A DNA stretch of 63,164 nucleotides, counting the filler, from Octopus bimaculoides (Eukaryota): assembly GCF_001194135.2 (NCBI RefSeq). It is 5 parts of 5 records of this genome, joined end to end, with 100 filler letters (N's around TTAATTAATTAA, not from the genome) between each part and the next. Parts side by side here need not be neighbours in the genome. Positions count along the whole stretch, not along the records: positions 1 to 6,912 come from NC_068982.1; positions 7,013 to 15,385 come from NC_068988.1; 3 more parts are not named here. One strand, 5' to 3'. How positions within the stretch are numbered: position 1 is the first letter of the stretch; every line of letters begins with the position of its first letter. Both the position numbers and the translations under genes were made by a program. Shown in pieces: positions 1-11,863 of the stretch. The notes beneath the pieces were generated by a model. It made no database searches and was not told the origin of the DNA. It saw only the letters and a list, made by a program, of their open reading frames with translations.

Positions 1-52
<52 letters not shown>
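1..52. repeat. (GT)n microsatellite
   Basis: Pure GT run at the window start. Confidence 0.98.
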
Positions 53-54
<2 letters not shown>

Positions 55-396
55 ATTCACATACAGGCGTGTATGTTTGTGTGGTGGGGGTGAGTGTTTG
101 TAGAATGGAAATAACATATTAAGAACATATTTTAAAGTACTGTATAGACTACAAAAATGAATAAAGAAAATTGTATAGAGTGTGTGTTACAATTTATTTT
201 TAAACACTTGACCTCATACCAGCTGTCAAGCACCGGCAGCGAGCGCAGACACAAAGAAAAACGCACATACACACACACACATATATATACATATGTGTAT
301 AATATATATATGTATATATTTTATAAATAGATGCAACATATAGATGTAACATGTATAAAATATAGATAGATATAGCATATATATATGTGTGTGTTA

Positions 397-658
397 CTTC
401 TCCAGCCATGCCTGGCTCATCAGGGCCGGTTGCCTTGTTCCATTGGTGTATAGGTCCCCCACCTCTGCTAGATGCAGGAGGAAAGCGTGAGAGAAAGTTG
501 TAGGCAAAACGTCAGCAGAAGTTCGCCATTACCTTCTGGCGGAGCCTTGTGGAGCCTAGATGTTTCGCTCGTAAACACACACATCACCCGGTCTGAGATT
601 CCAACCTGCAATCCCTCGACTGCGAGTCTGCTGCTCTAACCACTAGGCCATGTGCCTC

Positions 659-660
<2 letters not shown>
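397..660 (-). mobile_element. tRNA-derived SINE (head related to family D)
   Basis: Reverse strand starts TGGAGGCACATGGCCTAGTGGTTAGAGC...GGTTGGAATC (A/B-box-like); head aligns with the SINE head at 34794. Confidence 0.8.
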
Positions 661-709
<49 letters not shown>

Positions 710-807
710 GTATGCATGTATATATGTGTGTATGTATATATATATATGTATGTATATATGTGTGTGTATATATGTGTGTGTATATATATGTATATTTATG
801 TATATAT

Positions 808-1657
808 NNNNNNNNNNNNNNNNNNNNNNNNNNNNNNNNNNNNNNNNNNNNNNNNNNNNNNNNNNNNNNNNNNNNNNNNNNNNNNNNNNNNNNNNNNNNN
901 NNNNNNNNNNNNNNNNNNNNNNNNNNNNNNNNNNNNNNNNNNNNNNNNNNNNNNNNNNNNNNNNNNNNNNNNNNNNNNNNNNNNNNNNNNNNNNNNNNNN
1001 NNNNNNNNNNNNNNNNNNNNNNNNNNNNNNNNNNNNNNNNNNNNNNNNNNNNNNNNNNNNNNNNNNNNNNNNNNNNNNNNNNNNNNNNNNNNNNNNNNNN
1101 NNNNNNNNNNNNNNNNNNNNNNNNNNNNNNNNNNNNNNNNNNNNNNNNNNNNNNNNNNNNNNNNNNNNNNNNNNNNNNNNNNNNNNNNNNNNNNNNNNNN
1201 NNNNNNNNNNNNNNNNNNNNNNNNNNNNNNNNNNNNNNNNNNNNNNNNNNNNNNNNNNNNNNNNNNNNNNNNNNNNNNNNNNNNNNNNNNNNNNNNNNNN
1301 NNNNNNNNNNNNNNNNNNNNNNNNNNNNNNNNNNNNNNNNNNNNNNNNNNNNNNNNNNNNNNNNNNNNNNNNNNNNNNNNNNNNNNNNNNNNNNNNNNNN
1401 NNNNNNNNNNNNNNNNNNNNNNNNNNNNNNNNNNNNNNNNNNNNNNNNNNNNNNNNNNNNNNNNNNNNNNNNNNNNNNNNNNNNNNNNNNNNNNNNNNNN
1501 NNNNNNNNNNNNNNNNNNNNNNNNNNNNNNNNNNNNNNNNNNNNNNNNNNNNNNNNNNNNNNNNNNNNNNNNNNNNNNNNNNNNNNNNNNNNNNNNNNNN
1601 NNNNNNNNNNNNNNNNNNNNNNNNNNNNNNNNNNNNNNNNNNNNNNNNNNNNNNNNA
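808..1657. other. Assembly gap
   Basis: Run of N. Confidence 1.
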
Positions 1658-1734
1658 GGATAAGTTTACGAAAACTACTTACAATTTTTGTGAGACGCTG
1701 CGTTCAATCATGTAAAAACAGAAGTAAATGAGTA

Positions 1735-2040
1735 TATGCATATATACGTACAGGTATGTGCATACCGACATCCACCTGTATGTATAGGTGCATATCTGGG
1801 TACAGGACATTGCAAACAAACGTAGACGAGAACACACGAGCCACATAGAGAACATTCTACTTCATCAGCTACCCACGTTTTAACACCGGCGTTTCGACGA
1901 GCTTCGGGCAGGACGCAACGTTAAAACGGCTCGTCCCATGGATCGCAGATTAAATCTGTATACGCAAATTAAATCTAGCCATGGAGGAATGTAGTGGCGG
2001 ACAAAAAACAAGACAGGAAAACAAACAGAAAAGGCTTTTA
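1735..2040 (-). mobile_element. Interspersed repeat, possibly a PLE terminal repeat (pLTR)
   Basis: GGGTACAGGAC(A/G)TTGCAAA recurs near 51755; minus strand carries GAAAC and CTGATGA motifs. Confidence 0.4.
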
Positions 2041-2059
2041 TATATATATATATATATAT

Positions 2060-2300
2060 TTGAGCATGTGGTGCTTTCAAATAGTATTCAACTTTATTTT
2101 TCCCCGCCAAAACTAATACCACGTCGATAAAATTCTTTGGGTTGGATGTGATGCCACCGTTTCTGCGCATGCGTAAAAGTACTCGCGCCTTTAGGCCATG
2201 TCAGTTCCCGACTGTTAAGCCTAGGGTGCAGGCGTATAGGGCGCGCTCCTAAGATTTTTGTTTTCACGCAAAATGATCGAGCACCGACCATAAACCGATG
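2060..2300 (+). mobile_element. Possible 5' fragment of a Tc1/mariner element
   Basis: TIR-like start GTGGTGCTTTCAAATAGTATTCAAC and AAAATGATCGAGCAC start context; no TSD or second TIR seen. Confidence 0.4.
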
Positions 2301-3511
2301 TCTCATCGACTCTGACATTTACCCCCCACCCCTGAACAATAACCCTACCAAGGACAATTAGCCCTGAGGACAACAGATGATAATTTAAAGATTCTTAATA
2401 TATTAGAGAAGGGGCAATTAACGTGGGGGTGATATAATCGACTTACACCCACCCCCGAAAATGCTGGCCTTGTTCCAAAATTTGAATCCAATATCGCCAT
2501 ATTTTGGTAAGCTTTGACACAACTAGCGGCAGAACATCTACGAATTTTATCAACACACTTACTGATATGTATTGCAGCCAATCATATTCGATGATAGTCG
2601 TGGGTGATGTTGGCAAACCTCAGCGAAACTGTCTTAGTTTCCGCGTGGAACTTACCAAATGAACTTATTGGGAATGCTTTGTACAATTACATAAAACATG
2701 GATTCCATTACGGGTCAACGTTCATTTCAGTTGTCAGTCTGGTTCATGACATAGAGGTTACTCACGTAAGTTTCTTGCACTTCTTTCTCTCTCATACAAA
2801 TGTATATATGCTTCCTAACGTTCTATCGCAATTAACAGATAGCAATGAATATGATTCCCAAACTTCTTTTAATTTCATCTTCAACTACCAGAAACATTTT
2901 CTTATACTGCTACCATCACCCTCTTCAGCATTACGACTACACCTACGCTAACTTCTAAACTTCTATGTTATAAACTATTATTTCATGACCAAATATGGCA
3001 TATTTATACACACAAATACACACCTTGTGTAAAATTTTCGTGCTCTTGTGTTTGATAATCACAAGTAGGAGAGTTATCTTACAATACATATTTTTATTTC
3101 GTCTTCCTCGCAGCTTTAGAGAGAAAAAACTCTTTAATTTGCAGTCTGCTTCAAGTTTCAGAATTCTCTTTCATCACTGATATTATCAGAATAAATAATA
3201 GATATATATACATCGTCGCTAAAATCCACTTTATATTTTTTGTAGTTTTTAAAAATGGAACCTTGTTTCAAAAAATAACAAGTACAAGTAGAAATTTAAG
3301 TATCATGAATATATTTTTTGAATTTTATAAGAGAAATTTTGATGCAGGTTAGCGTTTTATTATGTAGGATGCGAAAATTAAACAATGCGTTCTCAATACA
3401 TGTGATTTACCAGTTAAAATGAACATTTGTCTTCCTTGCATGGATGTTAAACCTCAATGAATTAATTCTCAATGAATAATAATAACAATAATAATAATAA
3501 CAATAATAATA

Positions 3512-3566
<55 letters not shown>

Positions 3567-3775
3567 GTGTATGAAAACTCATAGCTTATTTTTCTGGGTA
3601 TGATGGAATGTGTCAACTGTCCACAGCCAGCAGACTAAGGTGACACTTGTTTACTGGCCATGCTTCAAGAACCCTGCGAAGAATTCTTGCAGTTCCAAGC
3701 AATGCTGGATTTTTAAGGTGTTCTACCTCCACACCTGCACAAGTCTTTTTCAGCCATGTTGCACAAATCTTTTTC
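3567..3775 (-). mobile_element. 3' end of an R4/Dong-like non-LTR retrotransposon
   Basis: Minus strand 3658-3760 reads TWLKKTCAGVEVEHLKNPALLGTARILRRVLEA (RLE C-terminus), then a 3' UTR and (TAA)n. Confidence 0.75.
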
Positions 3776-3789
3776 AGCTAGTTGAGTGC

Positions 3790-5043
3790 TGAGAGCGCTT
3801 GATCTTGTTTGTTCTGGTAGATTCTGTGAGAGCGGACAGCAGCCTGTTGACAGAGGTCTTACAGGGTCTCTTTCCGCACATTATAAGCTCTGGTACTTGG
3901 TTGTTAATTATGGAGAGAGACATTCAACATCCAAGTACCAATCTCAGAATCCCAGCTGTCGCCAGCAGAGCAGTTTCGTGGCTTGCTCTGCTCTCAGGTC
4001 AATTCCGATTTCTCTGACATATTTCTTGAACGTGGTTCATATTTCTTGAACGTGGTTCTTAATACTCCGAGTGTCCCTACAACTACTGGAATGACAGACA
4101 CTCTTCTCCTAGTCCACGTTCTTGCAATTTCATCTTTTAGTAGTCTGTACTTTTTAATCTTTTATAATTCTGTCATTTAAGCGTGCATCCCAGGTATTGC
4201 AATATCTATAATCTTAGTTTCCTTTTTCCTGCTATCTACCATAACAATATCTGGTCTCCGAGCCTCGATTAAGGAGTATCGCTGGATTGTAAAATCCCTC
4301 AGTATCTTAGGTTCCTTGTTCTCAGTGACTATTTCTGATTCATGTTCATACCAATTCCGTGCCCTGTTCAGGCCGTACTTTTCACATAGCCTCCTGGACG
4401 AACTTAGCCACTTTATCATGCCTCCTTTTGTAGCGCATTTGGACCAGCTTGCTACATTCACTCACAATATGTGAGATTGTTTCGTTTCTGCTGCCACATT
4501 CTACAAAGGGGCGATTCATTGCTCTTATCTATTCGGAACTTGGTGTAATTAGTTCTCAGAGTTTGTTCCCGGGTGCTGCATATCAGTGCCTCAGTGCATC
4601 CTTTCAGGTCACTTTTTCTTAGCCATCTCCAAGTGTTGGCCTTGTCTTTTCTTTCAATTTCTCTGAAGTATTGCCCATTCAGTGGTTTCATTTTCCGGTT
4701 GTTTACTCTTTCATCTTCATCTTGTTTCTTAAATGTTTGTGGGAGCCTCATATTTTCGGTAGTTATTATATTGGTAATTCTAACAGCGGCAAGCAAGGGA
4801 TTCACTCTGCTGATTGATGTACCATCCCAGACTATTCTTCTCGTTAACAACACAGATCTTGCATCCTACGAGTCCTCTTCCTCCCCTGTTCCTAGGCACA
4901 TATAGTCTGTCAGTGTCGCTTTTGGTGTGTACTTTCTTGTTAATTGTCATCACTTTTCTGGTTTTCCTATTCATCTGCTCAAGCTCGTTTTTTGTCCACC
5001 TAACAACACCTGCACCATATCGCATTAAGGAAGCAAAGAACAA

Positions 5044-5044
<1 letters not shown>
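3790..5044 (-). mobile_element. 5'-truncated, frameshifted R4/Dong-like LINE (RT thumb, zinc knuckle, RLE)
   Basis: RYGAGVVRW...LYVPRNRGGRGLVG; WLRKSDLKGCTEALICS...PLCRM; RPDIVMVD...IIDIAIPG (PD-D motif); IPVVVGTLG; TALLATAGILRLVL. Confidence 0.93.
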
Positions 5045-5109
<65 letters not shown>

Positions 5110-5399
5110 CATCATTATTATTATAAAAGCGGTGGATTGACAAAATAGTTAAAGCAGCGGACATTTTTCCTTTTTTATGTTTTTAATGTTTTCTTCTTTC
5201 TTTTCTTCCTATAAAAATATGCTGTTAATGAAACTCTTACTTACAACATTTTCAAATGTCAAGGCAACCAGTTTATTTATAAATGAAAATGTTGCACCAA
5301 ATGGCACTGAGAAAATGGTGTGTCACTACTGACTACGAAACATGACTTCTTGGAAAAATGTCATATTTTCTCTTCCTTTTACTCGATTCCCTAAAATAA

Positions 5400-5851
5400 A
5401 ACACCTTCACCAGAAATTCGCGAAAGCAAAACTATTTCGAGGTATTTGTTCCGTCTGTTTAGCTTCTGGTTCCAAATTCGTCCGAGGGTAATTTTGCCAT
5501 TCAGTGCCCATTCCTGACAAAATAAAGTACCAGTGAAATACTGAGATCGATTTAATCGATTAGACCCGCAAACTATAAATCGATAGCCTTGAGCTTAAAT
5601 TAGAGATTATTTCGATTATGGATCGGCAGAATTTCTCGAAACGTCCAATAAAATGTTTTGAGTTATTTCTTCTGTCTTTGTTCTTTCTAAATTGAAATTC
5701 CACCGAAACCAACTTTATGTCAGTAAAATAGAGTACTGGTAAAGTAATGAGATCGAGAGTATCGACTGACACCCTCCCCTCAAAATAATTGGCCTTGCAT
5801 CAAAATTCAAAGCCATTTGTAGTTGTAGTAGTAATAGCAGCAGCAGCAACT

Positions 5852-5882
<31 letters not shown>

Positions 5883-6155
5883 CGGCAGAAGCAGCACCAG
5901 TTGTTGTAGTAGCAGCACCACCACCACTTGTAGCAGCAGCAGTTGTAGTGGTAGTGTGAAAGGTTGGCAGGACAGTTAGAGCGTCGAACAAAATATCTCG
6001 TGGAAGTTTTCTTTTAGTTTGGACTCTACGTTTCGAATTCGAACCTTCCCGAAATCAACTTCACCTTTCATCTTTCCAGAAAGGTGAGATAAAATATATG
6101 CCAAGTGCTAGAATCAATCGTATTGACTAACCCCATTCTGTGCCTTAATTTGAAA
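5400..6155 (+). mobile_element. Three degenerate SINE-B copies (about 5400-5570, 5690-5820, 5960-6155)
   Basis: Decayed matches to B-box TTCAAATTC and tail GTACCAG...GATCGA...ATCGA of the intact copy at 43408. Confidence 0.55.
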
Positions 6156-6163
6156 CCATTATT

Positions 6164-6350
6164 TTTTTTCTTCTCGAGGCACAAGGCCCGAAATTTTGGG
6201 GGAAAGGACCAGTCGATTAGATCGACCCCAGTATGCAACTGGTACTTACTTTATCGACCCCGAAGGGATGAAAGGCAAAGTTGACCTCGGCGGAATTTGA
6301 ACTCAGAACGTATTTCGCCTGGCGTGCTAACGTTTCTGCCAGTTCGCCGC
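6164..6350 (-). mobile_element. SINE family B with internal deletion
   Basis: Minus head GGCGGCGAACTGGCAGAAACGTTAGC...GAGTTCAAATTCCGCCGAGGTC; flanked by direct repeat GCCTTAATT(T/C)GAAACCATTATT (6142-6163, 6349-6370), TSD-like. Confidence 0.9.
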
Positions 6351-6594
6351 CTTAATTCGAAACCATTATTAACGAAACAATGTGAAACAGTATAAATACT
6401 GCTTACAGATTTTAGATTTTTTTTTATACATATTGACATACACTGATGCATCTCAAAATATTAATGCTCCAATTGAAAATACCATTTAAGATATGATAGA
6501 AGTAGTGTTTCATTTTCATTGAAACTATATGAATATATATGTGTGCATGTGTATGTATATTTGTGCATATATATATATGTATATATATATATAT

Positions 6595-6912
6595 ACGGGT
6601 ACATCGACAACAGATTAAAAACCCAGAAGTCCGCCAAATACCACTGAGTAACCATCTAGCAACATGTGGTCATCAAACTTTTATTATATTTCCATTCCAT
6701 AAACTTTACAACCGGAATGAAATTGAAAGAAAATGCAAAGAAAAGGACTTTATTAAGAAATTCAAACCCACTCTTAACAAACAATGATTAAATCCATCTC
6801 ACTTGGGGTTTAAAAATCTTATCCCTGTAAACAAAACACAAAAAATCTCTCAGATATCATCATTTCTATAAATAGATTTGGCATCATTTCTAAGAACAGC
6901 CAAACACCTACT
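6595..6912 (+). mobile_element. PLE 3' fragment: GIY-YIG endonuclease C-terminus plus 3' UTR
   Basis: RVHRQQIKNPEVRQIPLSNHLATCG...FPFHKL...RKCKEKDFIKKFKPTLN. Confidence 0.85.
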
Positions 6913-7012
6913 NNNNNNNNNNNNNNNNNNNNNNNNNNNNNNNNNNNNNNNNNNNNTTAATTAATTAANNNNNNNNNNNNNNNNNNNNNNNNNNNNNNNN
7001 NNNNNNNNNNNN
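6913..7012. other. Artificial 100-nt scaffold join (44 N + TTAATTAATTAA + 44 N)
   Basis: Identical layout four times in the window. Confidence 0.95.
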
Positions 7013-7192
7013 TAAAGCAAACATAATTTTCTTATGGTTTCTTAAACATTCACTTGAACAAAACTGTACAAATCCAAATATATGGTACCCTAGGCATAAC
7101 ACCTACATGAACTTCTAACTTGTTGTCTCTTGAGGTCTCTGGGTGAGACTTGGATCCAACTTGTACAAATGCAAAACAAAAGTCAAACATAA

Positions 7193-7234
<42 letters not shown>

Positions 7235-7235
<1 letters not shown>

Positions 7236-7685
7236 GCAATACACACAGATACAGAAATTAAGGCCAATAGTCCGAATATATTTGTCAGAGATAACCAAGA
7301 ACAAAGAATGCTTTCTAATCGCTGTATCAATGTTGACGATAATGTTTCTCTAAAAGAAACGGAGAAACATTCAAAATACAAGGATATGGGAACAGCGGTA
7401 ACTGAAATGTGGAGTCCAAAAAAGAAAAACAAAAAAAAAAAACAGAAGCAATTCCTATCAAAGTTAGCGCATTAGATATGATGAAAAAAATATTCAGACA
7501 AATACATAACAAGTGTATATAACATACAGAAGAATAGCACTACTATGCAACGCATCTTACGTAAAACACTTTCAATACAGTAAAAAACATAGAAGCATCA
7601 AAACAAACCACAGCACATACCCAAGGCACACAAAGCTGTGCGCGGTAGTGCAGCGAAACCAAGTGATAAAAGAATAAGACTACTG

Positions 7686-7687
<2 letters not shown>
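7235..7687 (+). mobile_element. R4/Dong-like LINE 3' fragment (RLE plus 3' UTR) between (TAA)n tracts
   Basis: HTDTEIKANSPNIFVRD...DNVSLKETEKHSKYKD; 3' UTR matches 34054-34178. Confidence 0.88.
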
Positions 7688-7766
<79 letters not shown>

Positions 7767-8055
7767 CAGACAAAAAGATGTGTTTATCAATTGATTTGAG
7801 TAGTCCTTGCGATCACAATATAGTAGCGAAAGAATTTGGCAAGATCAGCAAATATAAAGACTTGCTAATAGAAATTGAAAAAAATGTGATATCTCAAGGA
7901 GACTACCGTACCAGGGATTGTAGGATCTCTAGAAATGATAAAAAAAGGTACTGAAACCTATTTGAAAATAAATGATACCAGGCTTACCATCCCTACAGGA
8001 AGTGCAAAACATCGTGTTAACTGGAACGACTCGTGTACTGAGAAGAGCATTATTG
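7767..8055 (+). mobile_element. Second R4/Dong-like RLE C-terminal fragment
   Basis: DKKMCLSIDLSSPCDHNIVAKEFGKISKYKDLLIEIEK...LPSLQEVQNIVLTGTTRVLRRAL with frameshifts. Confidence 0.88.
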
Positions 8056-8494
8056 CTGTGAAAACAACATCCATTCATGAATATATTTATTATTTTTTTT
8101 ACATACATAATTTACCTGTGAATCTGCGTGTGTAAATTGGGAATGCACACAATGAGTTTCGCTGCCCTGGGTGTACGGAAAACACTCGGCGAAAAATGGA
8201 AGAAACTTTGAAGAAAGACGAAGAAAAAAATAACATAATAATAATGGTGAAGATGATGATGATGATGATGGTGGTGGTGGTAAAAATGAATGTTTTCTAC
8301 ACCAGGAACAGGGCATGAAATTTTAGGGAAGCGAATATTCAATTATGTCAACTCCAGTTTTCGACAGGTATTTATTTCACCGACCTCGGCAGAAGTTGAC
8401 TCCAGAATGTAAGATGTTAATATTAATGTAAGATATTAATGTATGATATTAATATTAATATTAATATTAATATCGAAGAGGCCAGGGAATAGAA

Positions 8495-8848
8495 GAAAGA
8501 AGACATGCACCCAACACCAGAGTTGAAGACACCTCCGAAAGGAGGGGCCCCGCCACGTCAAAACGGTAGAGGAGTAGGGGCTGAAACCGGACGTGGTTCC
8601 TCCTGATGATGTCTTCAGCTAACTGGATCCGAATCCACCAAGGAAAGGTATGTCAGAAGAAAGTAATTCAACAACGCGAGTTGATGAACTGTAAGACGTG
8701 TGGCCAGGACCTCCTGGAAAATAACCATAGCGAGGGACATTCCAAAATTGAATTAGAACAGTCACAAACAGTGAAAGAAGACATGCACCCAACACCAGAG
8801 CTGAAGACACGTGGTTCCTCCTGATGATGTCTTGAGCTAACTGGATCC
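8495..8848. repeat. Direct repeat with 278-nt period; second copy internally deleted
   Basis: GAAAGAAGACATGCACCCAACACCAGAG at 8495 and 8773; GTGGTTCCTCCTGATGATGTCTT...CTGGATCC in both copies. Confidence 0.85.
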
Positions 8849-9489
8849 TATAAAGGAGCTGTTGTGGTAGCAGACCACGAAACATGGTTGAAATTCCTCC
8901 ATTCCTATTTCGCATCACTGTACTAAATCAGCCTCTGGTTTAAAAAAGACAACGCGAGTCCTTTTTACTGCATGTCAGTGCGGAGATGTTGATTACAGCG
9001 GCGCAGTATCCTGTTGCAGTTGTTTCACCCAATGCTCCTCAAAATCATTTGTTTTTCTATCTGGAATAGACTTTGATTATCGTGCAAGGTTGTGTTACCT
9101 GGTTTGGTACCGACTGATCTAAGAGGTGTACCTCTTTAGTGTGAATTTGTCGACACAACGTGATTTAAGAAGAAATCTGTAATAACTTCTATAGATTTAA
9201 GAGCTGTGTTAATGCAAATGAAATCTAACTCGTGACATTCCAGGCCTACACATTCTAAGATCAAGTGAGAAATGTTCATCCCTAAAGGTAACATGTAGGG
9301 TCGGTAAGCATTTAAAATGAGGAAACATTTCAAAGTAAGGAATAAACTGAGTGACAGCCATTGCACTGCTAAGAAACACGATGTCTTTGAATGCCACTAG
9401 TAGCTCTGATAGTAAATATGAACACATGGCTTCTCTAGTCATACATAAGTAGTTACGTATGATATCAATCTGGCTAATGTCATATATAC

Positions 9490-9570
9490 TCTTGACGATA
9501 GTGTTTAAATATGCAAAATTAAATATCCAAAATTAACTCTTGACGATAGTGTTTAAATATCCAAAATTAA
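9490..9570. repeat. Short tandem duplication
   Basis: CTCTTGACGATAGTGTTTAAATAT twice. Confidence 0.9.
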
Positions 9571-9608
9571 GACGTTGTTTTGTTGGCCATACTACTACTA
9601 CTACTACC

Positions 9609-9669
<61 letters not shown>

Positions 9670-9704
9670 TTGCTGCTGCTGCTGCTGTTGCTGCTGCTAC
9701 TACT

Positions 9705-11435
9705 AAATTAAGAAATGGAGTCAAACGCAGGTGTAATTCAAATCTTTAGATAAAGAGATAGACGAGAAAGAAAGAAATTAACAGAGAATTAAGAGTGGAG
9801 AAATATAGTGCCATAGATGAATGGGAATACAGCTTAAAAGTGTGGAAATGAAATGTACGAAGAGAGTTAAAGGTCGAATTTTATAAATTGGCAGACAATT
9901 GTCTACTCTACTTTCAAAATGTTTTTAACCAAATATTACAAAGGGTTAAAAATGGATTGGTTAAATTTTTCCGAAATATTGGTATAAATATTATTTTCGA
10001 TAATGATATAACTAAAGCCAACTTTTTGGATATTACTCTTAACTTATATAATGATTCATATTTCCCATACCATAAACCCTCAACTAATTTAAAATGCATT
10101 ACCTCTTTCAGTAATCATTGAAAGCCTATTACAAGGAATTTAGTGAGAAATATTTCAGTTAGACTTTCTAGATTATCTGCTAATGTTGATATCTTCAACA
10201 AAAAAACCGAATTTTATAACTCTGCCTTATTTAAAGCAGGCTATAAAGAAAAAATACCTATATTAACCCTGTTGACATTAATTCTATCTCCATTAATCGG
10301 AACATGAAAATACGTATTAACAGTAATAATATAAATTTTAGGTCGATTTACAACACTAAATCGAAAAATGTAATTTTGCAGCGTAAGGGATTTAACCCTT
10401 CTTTATACGCAATAAAATGAGTCTAACACTTTTAAAGATAATTACCCTAATAACAAAGTGTGTCTTAGTAAAACACTTTGGGTGATAATTCCATATGGTA
10501 AGGAGATAAAATCCAACCTCCCTTACCAGTTTCATAAAGGTCTAGATCAGAATTTCCCCCAAAATTCAAGATACCATTCCACAATTAATTCACACCGAAT
10601 TTGGATAGGGTTTTCAAACACCAAAAACCTTTCTCAAATCATATCTTCGCATAACAATAAGTTCTTAAATACAAATCCACTTAATGAAAACAATAACATT
10701 GATATTATTAACGCTAACCATTCTTTGAACAGTAATAACAATAAAACTAATACTTCTGATATAAATTCGAATCGTATTCGTTTCCTTAGTAGTAAATCTA
10801 AGACTAGAAAGTCTGTTTATCAATGTAAAATTACTTCCGGTGGTGATGTCTTTCTCTAGATTGCTAGTTCATCGTCTCAGTTGCCGAAAATAATATCTAA
10901 CTATTACTCTACATTTAGACATATCAATAAACGCAACAATACTGGGCTTAGTAAATTAATTTGGTCTCTAAAGGAACATAATAAACAATTGGATTTGGAA
11001 TGGAATATTCTATCTAGATCCTTCGCATATGATAAAGCAAATCTTTATGTCCGCTTTGTAACGAAGAATAATTTCTCATACTTTTCTTGGAGAATACTCT
11101 TGTAAACATGTTCAAAGAACGCGTTTATCGTTGTAAACATACATTTAACTGCTATAAGTAATTTCCACAAATCTATAAAACTCGACCTTTAACTGTGTTC
11201 TTACATTTCATTTCCACTACATATATCTACTTCCACTCTTTTACGCTTTATTCCCATTCGGTGGTTAAAATGGCTTATTGATGTGTTTTGTCTCTCTTTC
11301 TTTCCCAGCGAGATGATTGCATTGTTTTACATTATTTTATTCCCTCTAGAACAATATCAATGTTTTCTTGGAAACATATGTCGGAAGAATAAAGATTTGA
11401 ATAATACTTGCGTTTGACTCCATTTCTTAATTTTT
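9705..11435 (+). mobile_element. Decayed Naiad-like PLE (RT C-terminus, GIY-YIG) with inverted 5' copy of the pLTR
   Basis: NFLDITLNLYNDSYFPYHKP...SNH; FHKGLDQNFP...IISSHNNK; FRHINKRNNTGLSKLIWSLK...WNIL; 9705-9880 is the reverse complement of parts of 11165-11432. Confidence 0.88.
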
Positions 11436-11508
11436 ATATATATATATATATATTCCTATGTCCTTTGATGTTATATATATTCCTATATATTCCTATGTCC
11501 ATTCCTTA

Positions 11509-11568
<60 letters not shown>

Positions 11569-11831
11569 TCCTATGTCCTCTGATGTTTCAATTACACATA
11601 TACTTTTAACTTCAGCTTCACAAGCTTTCTTTCAGATCAGGCATTTGCAGCTTGTCCATGGTCGTCGGGTCAGGTTTATGACTACAGAGTCGAAGTTGCC
11701 CCGAAACAGCGCTGCTGATTGTCTTATAATCTAGGTATGTTTCGAATGTGATTCGAACGCGCAAGACCTGTAACAAAATGTTACAGTTATTGCCATTGTA
11801 CAAACATAATCATTTTTAAATAACAGGCACG

Positions 11832-11863
<32 letters not shown>

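Noticed and set aside
400-430. CUGAUGA + GCCA/UGGC hairpin in a SINE tail (minus strand)
   Set aside because: No GAAA in register, no helix III and no stem I partner.
2578-2765. Plus-strand exon between TTGCAG and GTAAGT
   Set aside because: All three frames contain stops; only a 35-nt sub-exon is open and has no other support.
8597-8650. Plus-strand CUGAUGA as a hammerhead
   Set aside because: Followed by GAAU rather than GAAA, with no NUH triplet and a poor stem II.
10119-10121. In-frame TGA in the Naiad-like ORF as selenocysteine
   Set aside because: It falls where Pro is expected after SNH, not at a Cys; the copy has other stops and frameshifts, and no SECIS was seen.
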